A stretch of DNA of 64,000 nt from an uncultured Actinomycetes bacterium (GTDB taxonomy: Bacteria > Actinomycetota > Thermoleophilia > Gaiellales > Gaiellaceae): contig CAVQZE010000007.1 in assembly GCA_963718385.1 (NCBI GenBank), positions 42,455 through 106,454 on the forward strand, written 5' to 3'. The position numbers and the translations under genes are program-made. The notes beneath the pieces were generated by a model. The model did no database searches. It saw only the letters and a list, made by a program, of their open reading frames with translations, and was not told the origin of the DNA. Of the stretch, positions 44,646 through 54,337 are shown in pieces (the first letter of the stretch is position 1; the number at the start of each line of letters is the position of its first letter).

Positions 44646-47393
44646 ATGGCGAGCGTCGAGCACACAACTACCGATCAGGCGACCGTAGAGGTCGTCAACA
44701 CGGTCATCGACGAGGAGGCGAAGCTCGGCGTACGCCGGTACTTCACCATCCCCGGCCGGGACCCGTTCGACGAGATCGAGTGGGAGATCCGCGACGCCGT
44801 CATCCCGGGCCGCAACGGCCCGGCGTTCGAGCAGCGGGGAGTCGAGTTCCCGAAGTTCTGGTCGCAGACGGCGACGAACATCGTCGCCCAGAAGTACTTC
44901 CGCGGCCGCCTCAGCTCACCCGAGCGCGAGTCGAGCGTGAAGCAGATGATCGGCCGCGTCGTCGGCACGGCGGTCATGTGGGGCAAGCAGGGCGGCTACT
45001 TCGCCGACGACGAGGAGGCCGACACCTTCGAGGCCGAGCTGAAGGCGATCCTCGTCAATCAGTACGCCTCGTTCAACAGCCCGGTCTGGTTCAACGTCGG
45101 TTTCGAGGAGAAGCCGCAGTGCTCGGCGTGCTTCATCCTCTCGATCGAAGACTCGATGGAGGCGATCCTCGACTGGATCCGCCGCGAGGGCGTCATCTTC
45201 CGCGGCGGCTCCGGCTCCGGCGTCAACCTCTCGCGCCTCCGCTCGTCGAAGGAGCAGCTCTCGAAGGGCGGCTACGCCTCCGGCCCGGTCTCGTTCATGC
45301 GCGGCGCCGACGCGTCCGCCGGCACGATCAAGTCCGGCGGCAAGACGCGGCGCGCCGCGAAGATGGTCGTGCTCGACGTCGACCATCCGGACGTCGAGGA
45401 GTTCATCTGGTGCAAGGCCAAGGAGGAGCGGAAGGCGCGCGTCCTCGAGCAGAACGGCTACGACATGTCGCTCGACAGCCCCGACTGGGCGTCGATCCAG
45501 TACCAGAACGCGAACAACTCGGTCCGCGTCAACGACACGTTCATGGACGCTGCGGCAGAGGGACGCGAGTTCAACCTGACCGCGCGCACCGACGGCGCGG
45601 TCGTCGACACCGTCGACGCGCGCGACCTGCTCCGGCAGATCGCCGCGGCTGCGTGGGAGTGCGCCGACCCCGGCGTCCAGTACGACACGACGATCAACTC
45701 GTGGCACACGCTGCCGAACACGGGACGGATCAACGCGTCGAACCCGTGCTCGGAGTACATGTCGATCGACGACTCCGCGTGCAACCTCGCGTCGCTGAAC
45801 CTGATGAAGTTCCGCCGCGAGGACGGCGAGCTCGACGTCGAGGCGTTCGAGCACGCGTGCGACGTCGTGTTCCTCGCGCAGGAGATCCTCGTCGGCTACT
45901 CGTCGTATCCGACGCCCGAGATCGAGCGGAACGCGAAGGCGTTCCGGCAGCTCGGACTCGGCTACGCGAACCTCGGCGCGCTGCTGATGGCGCGCGGGCT
46001 CCCGTACGACTCGGACGAGGGCCGCGCGTACTCGGCCGCGATCACGGCGCTCATGACCGGGCGCGCGTATCGCAAGTCGGCGGAGATCGCGTCGCGGATG
46101 GGCCCGTTCGCGGGCTACCCGGTGAACCGTGCGCCGATGATCGGCGTGATGGCGCAGCACCGTGCCGCGGTCGGGAACATCGAGAACGCCGACATCGTCC
46201 CGGGCGACCTGCTCACCGCATGCCGCAAGGCGTGGGACGACGCACTGAACATCGGCGAGATCCACGGCTTCCGCAACGCGCAGGCGACCGTGCTCGCGCC
46301 GACCGGAACGATCAGCTTCATGATGGATTGCGACACGACGGGCGTCGAGCCGGACTTCTCGCTCGTGAAGTCGAAGAAGCTCGTCGGCGGCGGCGAGATC
46401 ACGATCGTCAACCGCACCGTCCAGGCAGGCCTCGAGAAGCTCGGCTACGCGCCGCGCGAGGTCGAAGAGGTCGTCGCGTTCATCGACGAGCGGAACACGA
46501 TCGTCGGCGCGCCGTACGTGAAGACGGATCACTATCCCGTGTTCGACTGCGCCGTCGGCGACCGCGCGATCCACTACCTCGGTCACGTGAAGATGATGGG
46601 CGCCGTGCAGCCGTTCATCTCCGGCGCGATCTCGAAGACGGTGAACATGCCGGAGGAGTCGACGGTCGAGGACGTGATGAGCCTCTACGTCGACGCGTGG
46701 AAGCTCGGCGTGAAGGCGATCGCGATCTACCGCGACAACTGCAAGGTCGCGCAGCCACTCTCGACCGGTAAGGAAGGCGCCGGCGCCGCTGCGCTGCCGC
46801 CGATCCCGATCCGCGAGCGGAAGCGCTTGCCGCTCGACCGCACCGAGGTCGGCCGCAAGTTCCAGGTCGGCGACCACGAGGGCTACATCCACGTCGGCCT
46901 CTACGACGACGGCAGCCCCGGCGACATCTTCGTCGACATCGCGAAGGACGGCACGACGATGGCCGGGTTGATGAACTCGCTCTGCCTCGCCGTGTCGATG
47001 GGCCTCCAGTACGGCGTGCCGCCCGAGGTGTACGTCTCGAAGCTGTCGCACATGCGCTTCGAGCCGAGCGGCCTGACGAACGACGCCGACATCCGCGTCG
47101 CGAAGTCGATCGTCGACTACATCTTCCGCTGGTTCGGCAAGAAGTTCCTGACGCCGGAACAGCAGGAGGAGGCCGGCATCCTCTCGCCCGAAGTGAAGGC
47201 GATGATGGCGCAGCGCTACGAAGGCGCAGCAACCGCGCCGGCCGATCCGGCCGAAGCTCCGCCGCGCGGACAGACGGCGCTGTTCAACAACTGGGAAGAC
47301 GCCGTCGAGTGCGCCCGCTGCGGCGGCCGCATGATCCGCACCGGCTCGTGCTACACGTGCCGCGACTGCGGCACGAACACCGGCTGCAGCTAG
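44646..47393 (+). CDS. nrdJ: vitamin B12-dependent ribonucleotide reductase (class II)
   Basis: Intact 915-aa ORF. Contains PVWFNVG, the SACFILS region, catalytic NPCSEY, TVNMPEE, and the C-terminal Cys cluster CARCGG...CYTCRDCG. Confidence 0.95.
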   Translation: MASVEHTTTDQATVEVVNTVIDEEAKLGVRRYFTIPGRDPFDEIEWEIRDAVIPGRNGPAFEQRGVEFPKFWSQTATNIVAQKYFRGRLSSPERESSVKQMIGRVVGTAVMWGKQGGYFADDEEADTFEAELKAILVNQYASFNSPVWFNVGFEEKPQCSACFILSIEDSMEAILDWIRREGVIFRGGSGSGVNLSRLRSSKEQLSKGGYASGPVSFMRGADASAGTIKSGGKTRRAAKMVVLDVDHPDVEEFIWCKAKEERKARVLEQNGYDMSLDSPDWASIQYQNANNSVRVNDTFMDAAAEGREFNLTARTDGAVVDTVDARDLLRQIAAAAWECADPGVQYDTTINSWHTLPNTGRINASNPCSEYMSIDDSACNLASLNLMKFRREDGELDVEAFEHACDVVFLAQEILVGYSSYPTPEIERNAKAFRQLGLGYANLGALLMARGLPYDSDEGRAYSAAITALMTGRAYRKSAEIASRMGPFAGYPVNRAPMIGVMAQHRAAVGNIENADIVPGDLLTACRKAWDDALNIGEIHGFRNAQATVLAPTGTISFMMDCDTTGVEPDFSLVKSKKLVGGGEITIVNRTVQAGLEKLGYAPREVEEVVAFIDERNTIVGAPYVKTDHYPVFDCAVGDRAIHYLGHVKMMGAVQPFISGAISKTVNMPEESTVEDVMSLYVDAWKLGVKAIAIYRDNCKVAQPLSTGKEGAGAAALPPIPIRERKRLPLDRTEVGRKFQVGDHEGYIHVGLYDDGSPGDIFVDIAKDGTTMAGLMNSLCLAVSMGLQYGVPPEVYVSKLSHMRFEPSGLTNDADIRVAKSIVDYIFRWFGKKFLTPEQQEEAGILSPEVKAMMAQRYEGAATAPADPAEAPPRGQTALFNNWEDAVECARCGGRMIRTGSCYTCRDCGTNTGCS

Positions 47394-47407
47394 AGGCGAG
47401 CGGCTTG

Positions 47408-47435
47408 GGCCCGGTCCCGTTCGCGGGGCCGGGCC
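47408..47435. terminator. Terminator-like hairpin (11-bp stem with one G-U pair, 6-nt loop) between convergent nrdJ and LuxR genes
   Basis: GGCCCGGTCCC-GTTCGC-GGGGCCGGGCC, read directly from the sequence. Confidence 0.5.
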
Positions 47436-47436
47436 G

Positions 47437-48465
47437 TTACGCCGAGGTCAGGAGCGAGGCTGCCGCGGTGCGCGTGTGCACGTCGAGTCGCCGGTAGATC
47501 TGCTCGAGATGCTTGTTGACCGTTGCCGCCGCGATTCCGGTCGCCGAGGCGATCTCTGCGTCGGTCTCGCCGCGTGCGAGGCGCTCGAGGATCGTACGCT
47601 GCCGCGGCGTGAGCCGGTCGAGGCGCGTGTCTTCCTCCCCCAGAAGCAGGACGACCAACCCCGAGACGCGCTCCGCCCGCAGCGTCAGTCGCCGCCCGTC
47701 CCGCTCGAAGACAACGGGCTGCTCCCGGCCGCGGAGGGCGCTCATGACCGCTTCCGGCAACCGACCGTTCGCGCCCTCGACGTAGGTCGCGAGAAGGCGC
47801 TGCGATTGCGGCGAGGCGAACTCGATCACGCCGCGCGCCGAGCAGAGGACGACGTGCCTGGGATCGTCGCCCGCCTGCTCCTCGAGTGACGCGAGTGCGT
47901 CTGCCGCCTCGACGGCAGCTTGGACACGCTCGTGACGTCGCTGAAGGTGCGGCTGAAGCAGGTCGAGCAAGAGGCGGTCACGATCGCTGAAGTCTCCGCG
48001 CTCGCGCGTAAAGATGAAGACCCGCGTGTGCGTTCCGTCGGATCGGAGCCCGACGTCGATCCAGTAGTTGACGCCGGCGTCCCGGTACATCTCGTTCCAG
48101 AGCTCGGTGCGGCGGAACTCCCGTTGCGAGACGAAGTCCGACACGATCCGCGTCGTCGTCCAGTCGTTGGTGCGCTCGCGATAGCCGCAGACGGGATGTT
48201 GGTGGTGCAGCCGCCAATACGTCTCTCCCTCGCGTCCTTCTTCGGCCGGTACCTCCGACGCGCCGTGGCCGTCCTCCCACCAGGAAATGAAGAGGGTGCG
48301 CTCTCGGCTCCGGTCGAGCTCGCAGTACCCCCCGTCGCGACTCGCGAGGAGCTCGGTCAGCCGCTGAAGGAAGTGCGGCGGGAACGGCTCAGGGTCGTCG
48401 AGCACGGCGAGCTCGGCCGTGACGGCAGCCAACGCCGCAGCGTCGGACTCCCCCAGCATTCGCAT
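47437..48465 (-). CDS. LuxR-family transcriptional regulator (N-terminal sensory domain plus C-terminal HTH)
   Basis: Intact 342-aa ORF. C-terminal LTPRQRTILERLARGETDAEIASATGIAAATVNKHLEQIYRRLDV is a GerE/LuxR HTH. Confidence 0.85.
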   Translation of the reverse strand: MRMLGESDAAALAAVTAELAVLDDPEPFPPHFLQRLTELLASRDGGYCELDRSRERTLFISWWEDGHGASEVPAEEGREGETYWRLHHQHPVCGYRERTNDWTTTRIVSDFVSQREFRRTELWNEMYRDAGVNYWIDVGLRSDGTHTRVFIFTRERGDFSDRDRLLLDLLQPHLQRRHERVQAAVEAADALASLEEQAGDDPRHVVLCSARGVIEFASPQSQRLLATYVEGANGRLPEAVMSALRGREQPVVFERDGRRLTLRAERVSGLVVLLLGEEDTRLDRLTPRQRTILERLARGETDAEIASATGIAAATVNKHLEQIYRRLDVHTRTAAASLLTSA

Positions 48466-48554
48466 CCCCTTCGAGAGTACGGCAAACGTCGTATGGACTC
48501 AAGGCTCACGCCGTCGCACGATCGAGGCGTACTGCGGCTCGAACAGGAGGAGAA

Positions 48555-49868
48555 ATGAACGTGAAACGGTTGACGGCCAGGGCGAGAATGCTCGCTGTCC
48601 TCGTGGCCGTCGGTGCAGTGGCCGCAGTCGCCTGGATGTCGGCGGCCTCGGCGAACACCCGCAAACCCGTCGTCGTGCCGCCGGACGCCGTGCTGACGTG
48701 GAACGCGAACACGGTGAACGCAGTCCGCGCCTCGCTGCCGACGAAATTCCAGACCGACGGCATGGTCTACATGTCGTACGTCCAGGCCGCGGTGTACGAC
48801 GCGGTGACGAAGCTGATGGGCGGCTACCAGCCGTACCACGACTTCGCGTTCACGCCCGCTCCGGACGCCTCGGTGCAGGCGGCGGTCGCGGCGGCATCGC
48901 AAACGGTCCTCGACCACTACCTGCCCGACCAGGCAGCGACCGTCGACGCCGAGTATGCGGCCTACATCGGGCCGCTGACGGGGAACGTCGCCGGCGGGGT
49001 CGCGCTCGGCCAGGCTGCAGCGGCGGACATCATCGCGCTCCGCACCGGCGATGGGCTCAACAACACGGCCGTGCCGAGCTACGGCACCAACGGTGCGATC
49101 CTGCCGGGTCAGTGGCAGCTGCAACCGAACCAGAAAGTGCAGACGCCGTGGTACGCGACGATGCGTCCGTTCCTGCTCGAGGAACCGAACCAGTTCCGCG
49201 CGCCGCCGCCGCCGTCGCTCACGAGCCACACCTACGCGCGCGACCTCAACGAGACCGAGCAGTACGGCGCGCTGAACAGCACCGTACGCACCTCCGACCA
49301 GACCGCGATCGCGTACTTCTGGGTCGGCTTCAACGTCAACCAGTACAACGTGACGTTCCAGAGCGTCGTTAACCAGCACCACATGGACATCGTCGACGCC
49401 GCGCACCTGTTCGCGATGGGGAACATCGTCACGACGGACGCCGGCATCGCCTGCTACGACTCGAAGTTCTTCTACCAGTTCTGGCGCCCGATCACGGCGA
49501 TCCAGAACGCGGACAAGGACAACAATCCCGACACGACCGCCGACCCGACGTGGCAGGCGCTGCTCGGCGTGCCGGGACACCCGGAGTATCCGTCGCAGCA
49601 CGGCTGCTTCACCAGCGCGTTCGCCGACACGATCGCCGAAGCGCTGCACACGCAGCACATCGACGTGGTCATCCCCGGCGGAAACGACGGAACCAGCGCG
49701 CTGCACACGACGCAGCACTTCAACACCGTCCGGGACATCGACAAGCAGGTCGTCGACGCCCGCGTCTGGCTCGGCTTCCACTTCCGCAACTCGGTCGAGC
49801 AGGGCGAGAAGGTCGGCAACCATGTCGCCGACTGGGAGCTCGACCACTTCTTCAAGCCTGTGCACTAA
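48555..49868 (+). CDS. secreted PAP2-superfamily / vanadium-dependent haloperoxidase-like protein
   Basis: Signal peptide [21 protein letters not shown]. Motifs KFFYQFWRP (K-x6-RP), PEYPSQHG (PSGH-like) and [12 protein letters not shown] (R-x5-H). Confidence 0.8.
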   Translation: MNVKRLTARARMLAVLVAVGAVAAVAWMSAASANTRKPVVVPPDAVLTWNANTVNAVRASLPTKFQTDGMVYMSYVQAAVYDAVTKLMGGYQPYHDFAFTPAPDASVQAAVAAASQTVLDHYLPDQAATVDAEYAAYIGPLTGNVAGGVALGQAAAADIIALRTGDGLNNTAVPSYGTNGAILPGQWQLQPNQKVQTPWYATMRPFLLEEPNQFRAPPPPSLTSHTYARDLNETEQYGALNSTVRTSDQTAIAYFWVGFNVNQYNVTFQSVVNQHHMDIVDAAHLFAMGNIVTTDAGIACYDSKFFYQFWRPITAIQNADKDNNPDTTADPTWQALLGVPGHPEYPSQHGCFTSAFADTIAEALHTQHIDVVIPGGNDGTSALHTTQHFNTVRDIDKQVVDARVWLGFHFRNSVEQGEKVGNHVADWELDHFFKPVH

Positions 49869-50902
49869 GGCATGACGTGCCCGCCGTGCGTCGCAAGCTC
49901 GCGGCGCACGGCGGGCGCAACCTCGGTCCCGTAGAGCTCGATCGACCGCATGATCTTCGTGTGCGGCATCGTGCCGACGCTGAACTGGACGAGGAAGCGG
50001 TCGTGCTCGAAGAGCTCGTGCTGGAAGAGGATCTTCTCGACGATCTGCTCCGGGTTGCCGACGAAGTTCGCGCCGCGCCGCGTCGCGGCTGCGTTGTAGT
50101 CCTGACGCGTGTGCGGCGGCCAGCCGCGCTCGCTGCCGATCCGGTCCATCATCGCGGCGACGAACGGGAACGAGTCGTCGAGCGCGTCCTGCGCCGTGTC
50201 CGCGATGAAGCCGTGCGAGTTGATGCTGAGCGCGAGCCGGCCGTGTCCGGCTTCCTCGCCTGCGCGCCGGTGCAGCTCGGCGAACGGCACGAAGCGCTCC
50301 GGCAGGCCGCCGATGATCGCGAGCGCCATCGGCAGGCCGAGGATGCCGGCGCGCGCCGCCGACTCCGGCGAGCCGCCGACCGCGACCCAGACCGGCAGCG
50401 GATCCTGCAGCGGCCGCGGATAGACGCCGCGGTCGTCGATCGGAGCGCGGTGCCCGCCGCCGGGCCAGCTGATCCGCTCCGACTCGCGCAGCGCGAGCAG
50501 CAGCCGCAGCTTCTCCTCGAAGAGCTCGTCGTAGTCGCGCAGGTCGTAGCCGAAGAGCGGGAACGACTCGATGAACGAGCCGCGCCCCGCCATGATCTCG
50601 GCGCGGCCGCCGGAGAGCAGGTCGAGCGTCGCGAAGTCCTGGAACACGCGCACGGGATCGTCCGAGCTGATCACCGACACGGCGCTCGTCAGGCGGATCG
50701 TCTTCGTGCGCGCCGCGGCGGCCGCGAGCACGACCGCAGGCGACGAGACGGCGAAGTCGGGACGGTGGTGCTCGCCGACGCCGAAGACGTCGAGCCCGAC
50801 CTGGTCGGCGAGCTCGATCTCCTCGATCAGGTCGCTGAGCCGCTGCTGCGGGCTGACCTCGTCGGAGGTGAGCTCCGCGAACGTATAGACGCCGAGTTCC
50901 AC
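49865..50902 (-). CDS. LLM-class (luciferase-like) flavin/F420-dependent oxidoreductase
   Basis: Intact 345-aa ORF. Contains [11 protein letters not shown], and the [31 protein letters not shown] pattern typical of the LLM family. GTG start. Confidence 0.88.
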   Translation of the reverse strand: MELGVYTFAELTSDEVSPQQRLSDLIEEIELADQVGLDVFGVGEHHRPDFAVSSPAVVLAAAAARTKTIRLTSAVSVISSDDPVRVFQDFATLDLLSGGRAEIMAGRGSFIESFPLFGYDLRDYDELFEEKLRLLLALRESERISWPGGGHRAPIDDRGVYPRPLQDPLPVWVAVGGSPESAARAGILGLPMALAIIGGLPERFVPFAELHRRAGEEAGHGRLALSINSHGFIADTAQDALDDSFPFVAAMMDRIGSERGWPPHTRQDYNAAATRRGANFVGNPEQIVEKILFQHELFEHDRFLVQFSVGTMPHTKIMRSIELYGTEVAPAVRRELATHGGHVMP

Positions 50903-50924
50903 CCCGAGACGATAGTTGCGCCGC

Positions 50925-52498
50925 TTAGCGGAACAGCGCTTCGTACAACGTCTCGCGCCGGCCGCGGACGAACATCTCGCGGAGCTGGCGGCGGACGAAC
51001 TTGTCCTCGCGCCGTGCGAGACGCGCGAGCTCGAGCAGCTCGGGGTCGGTCGCCGTCGTCGCGTCGCCGTCTTCGATCAGATCGAGCGCCGCTTCGAGGA
51101 CGTCGATCATCACGCCGTTCGACGCTCGCGCGAGCGCGCGCGCCGCCTCGTCGCGATCGACGTCGCGCTCGTGGCCGGGCAGGTCGAGGTGCGTGTCGAA
51201 GAGCAGTCCGCGCAGGAGATTCCACGTCGCGTTCTTGCCGTAGTTGCGGCCCTCGAACGCGATCAGGCACCAGTCCCAGAGCACGTCGACGCGCGGATCG
51301 AGGAACCGGTACTCCGCGTCGAGCGCCGGCCCGACGAGACGGCCCTCCTCGCGCAGACGCTGCTCCATCGGCGTGCCGACGTACGGCAGCGTGCGGCAGA
51401 ACCCGGCGGCGACCCAGCCGTCTGCGGTGAAGTCGCGCAGGAACTCGGTGTTGCCGCGCGCGCTCTCCAGCGTCGACCACGGCTCGAGCAGCATGAAGCC
51501 GAAGTCGAAGCTGAGATCGAACTCGCGCAGCACCTTCCCGGCGTTGATGTGCGCGTCCACCTCGAGCAGCTTGTTCAGCGAGAGCAGACTTGCCGGGTCG
51601 CCCGACTCGACGCCGAGGTAGACATGGCAGAGCCCGGCCTCGATCAGCGGCTCGAGCAGCTCCGGCCGCAGCTCGTCGGAGCGGCACGAGATCTTGAACC
51701 GCATCTCGTCGTGCAGCCCGCGCGCGACGATCTCGCCCGCGACGTCGACCGCCCAGCGCGCGCGCCGCGGGCCCGCCCGCGAGGAAGTCGTCGTCCTGGA
51801 AAAGGATCAGCCGCGCGCCGCGGTCGCGCACGAGGCCTTCGAGCTCGTCGACGACGCAACGCGGATCGCGCCGCCGCCGTCCCTTCGTCCCGTTCCCCTC
51901 GTAGAACGTGATGATCGAGCAGAAGCTGCACTTCCACGGACAGCCGCGCGACGCGAGCACCGATGCCGTCGGCAGCTCCTGCCCGCGGTAGTCGACGTCG
52001 CGGCGGTCCGGCTCACGGCAGCTCGTCGATCGGCGAGCCGCCGAGCCGCGGCGGGTTCACGACCGCCTCGCCGCCGTCCGACCACGCGATGCCTTCGACC
52101 TGCCGCCATGCCCCGGCGTCGAGCTTCGACACGAGCTCGGCGAGTGTCTCCTCGCCCTCGAAGCGAACGACGGAGTCGAGCTCCGGGATCATCCGCAGCA
52201 GCTCGGTCGGCTCGAACGACGCATAGTGGCCGCCGATCGTGAAGTGCGCATCGACGCCGGCGTCGCGCAGTGCGCGGATCACCGCGCCGAACTCGGGAAC
52301 CATGTATTGGAAGATCAGCGAGAAGCCGACGACGTCGGGCTGCTCCTCCTCGATCACGGCGAGGAGCGGACCCGGATCGTTGCCGAACGCGACGATCCGG
52401 GTCTCGTGTCCGTCTTCGAGCAGCCTGCTCGACAGGTACCGGATGCCCAGGTTGTCCTGGTCCTCGTACCCGACGAGCAGAACGCGGCGGCTCCTCAC
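50925..52498 (-). pseudogene. B12-binding-domain radical SAM protein (class B), two +1 breaks (about 52015, about 51775)
   Basis: B12-binding N-domain in ORF 52013..52498. Core ASRGCPWKCSFCSI (CxxxCxxC) in ORF 50827..51960. Continuation RRWAVDVAGEIVARGLHDEMRFKISCRSDEL...GVESGD... in ORF 50925..51704. Confidence 0.85.
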
Positions 52499-52502
52499 TT
52501 CG

Positions 52503-53624
52503 CTACCGCTGTCTTTGGCCGCCGCTGGCGGTTCTCGGCCTCTTCGTGGCCGTCTTCTTCGTGGCCGTCTTCTTCGCGGCGGTCTTCTTCTTTGCGGCGG
52601 ACTGACGTGTCCCGACGGTCTTCACCGGCACCGACACCTTCGTCGGCTTCGCCGCGATCGCCTGGAGCGACTTCAGTGCCGCCTCGCCGCGTGCGAGCGT
52701 TGCCCTCGTGCCGGCGATCGAGCGCTTCAGCTCGGCCGGCGACATCCCGCGCGCTGCGTCGACGAGCCCTCCGAAGACGTCCTCCCCGACCGGCTGGCCG
52801 CGAACGAAGTCCAGCGACTCGACGATCAGCTTCAGCCGCACGAGGTCGTCGGGCGACGGGTCGACACTCGTCGGGACGAGATGGTTCAGCACCGCCTCGT
52901 CGATGAGCTCGATCAGCGAGTCCGGGAACTTCACCTTCTGCGCCACCGGCTGTACGTAGCCGGCGAGCACGGTCGCGCCGGAGTTCTGCGCGAACGCGAG
53001 CGTCTGCGCAGTCGTCGCCGCGATCCCCGTCACCACGCCGCCGGACGAGCCCAGCCCGGCGTCGTTCTCGTTGAAGACCGAGCTGTCGTCGCCGCCGAAG
53101 ATCAGCGTCATCAGCGACGAGAAGTCGAGCTGCGGATCGCTGACGCTCCGGCGCAGGTGGTTCTGCGCACGGATCGTCGCCGGCCCCCACTGCGTGCGCA
53201 CCTGATGGTCGTTGCCCGACCACGGCCACGCGGTGTTACCGGCGCCCGGCCCGTTGACGAAGCTGCTGCCCGGCCCGTCGATCGGCGTCGGGTCGAGCGT
53301 GCCGTTGCCGACCCAGTACGCGTCGATCCCGACGATCGGCTGCGGCGGACCGTTGCCGCTCGGCCCGTACCACGCCGTCGCGTTCCAGGTCGTCCAGTCG
53401 GCGAGGTGGCTGAACGTCCAGCGCACGTGCCGCAGATTCGTGATGCGGCGGCCGGTGTCCCAGAACAGGAACCCGCGCTGCGAGTCCCCGTCGGGAAGAA
53501 ATGCGGGCGCGGTCTGGTCGACGGTCGTCGAAGGACCGGTGACGTCGACGTCGAGCGCGCCGAATCCGGGAAAGCTGGTGCCCTCCCGATACCGCTTTCC
53601 AGCGGTCGTGAAGTGATTGCTCAT
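52503..53624 (-). CDS. hypothetical protein (373 aa, Trp-rich N-domain, Lys/Ala/Thr-repeat basic tail)
   Basis: From MSNHFTTAGKRY in ORF 52503..53798. No signal peptide or TM span. The C-terminus QSAAKKKTAAKKTATKKTATKRPRT resembles histone-H1/HU-tail repeats. The stop lies 4 nt before the rSAM GTG. Confidence 0.6.
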   Translation of the reverse strand: MSNHFTTAGKRYREGTSFPGFGALDVDVTGPSTTVDQTAPAFLPDGDSQRGFLFWDTGRRITNLRHVRWTFSHLADWTTWNATAWYGPSGNGPPQPIVGIDAYWVGNGTLDPTPIDGPGSSFVNGPGAGNTAWPWSGNDHQVRTQWGPATIRAQNHLRRSVSDPQLDFSSLMTLIFGGDDSSVFNENDAGLGSSGGVVTGIAATTAQTLAFAQNSGATVLAGYVQPVAQKVKFPDSLIELIDEAVLNHLVPTSVDPSPDDLVRLKLIVESLDFVRGQPVGEDVFGGLVDAARGMSPAELKRSIAGTRATLARGEAALKSLQAIAAKPTKVSVPVKTVGTRQSAAKKKTAAKKTATKKTATKRPRTASGGQRQR

Positions 53625-53725
53625 GGTGCCCCCAAAGTCCGGAGTCGGAGCACCGCAAACACCGACCGAGTGACTAACCAGTCGAGAACTTACGGGGGCG
53701 ACCTGAACAATGCAAGGATGCGCAC

Positions 53726-54337
53726 ATGAGCGAGCCGCGCGAGATCGCCGACCATGCCGAGCAGGTCGGGGACGGGCTCTGGCACTGGCGCATCGCAAAC
53801 TCTGCGATCGGCGGAGCGATCTCGAGCTCGCATGCGGTCGCGGCGGGCGACGGCTGCGTGCTCATCGATCCGGTGCGTCTCGAGCCGCTGACCTTGCCGC
53901 CGCCGGCCGCAGTTGTGCTCACGGCGACGACCCACCAACGCGCGGCGTGGCGCTACCGCGCCGAGTTCGGTGTCGAGGTCTGGCTGCCCGAGGACGCGCG
54001 GCCCGGCGACGAGGAACCAGACCGCCGCTACGCGGAGGGCGACGTCCTCCCCGGCCGCCTGCTCGCGTTCCGCACGCCGGGACCGGAGCGGCCGCACTAC
54101 TCGTTTCTGCTCGAGCGCGAGCCCGGCGTTCTCTTCTGCTCCGACCTGCTGATGAACGACGGCGACCGCAGCCTCGTGTTCGTGCCGCCGGAGTTCCACG
54201 AGGACCCGGCCGAGACGCGCCGCAGCGTCGAGAAGCTGCTCGACCTGCCGTTCGCGATCCTCTGCCTCGCGCACGGCACGCCCGTCGTCGACGACCCGAA
54301 GACCGCGATCCGCGAACTGCTCGACGCGACGGCTTAG
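53726..54337 (+). CDS. MBL-fold metallo-hydrolase-like protein (degenerate HxHxDH motif)
   Basis: 203-aa ORF with a beta-lactamase-fold-like layout (VLIDP..., VVLTATTHQR in place of HxHxDH, CLAHG near the C-terminus). Confidence 0.6.
   Translation: MSEPREIADHAEQVGDGLWHWRIANSAIGGAISSSHAVAAGDGCVLIDPVRLEPLTLPPPAAVVLTATTHQRAAWRYRAEFGVEVWLPEDARPGDEEPDRRYAEGDVLPGRLLAFRTPGPERPHYSFLLEREPGVLFCSDLLMNDGDRSLVFVPPEFHEDPAETRRSVEKLLDLPFAILCLAHGTPVVDDPKTAIRELLDATA

Noticed and set aside
3817-52498. Programmed ribosomal frameshifting, phase variation or genuine pseudogenisation as the explanation for the frame breaks
   Set aside because: I saw no slippery heptamers or downstream pseudoknots. The breaks hit unrelated and essential genes (tmk, holB, ispH, plsY), with up to seven per gene. 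They are strongly insertion-biased and leave motifs intact. Only the GSSSG repeat (44249-44261) is a plausible slippage site.
52503-53624. RiPP precursor for the adjacent B12-radical-SAM enzyme
   Set aside because: At 373 aa, with a folded-looking N-domain, the protein is far larger than typical precursor peptides. I found no short ORF with a leader/core layout between or beside the genes. I keep it only as an unknown partner protein.
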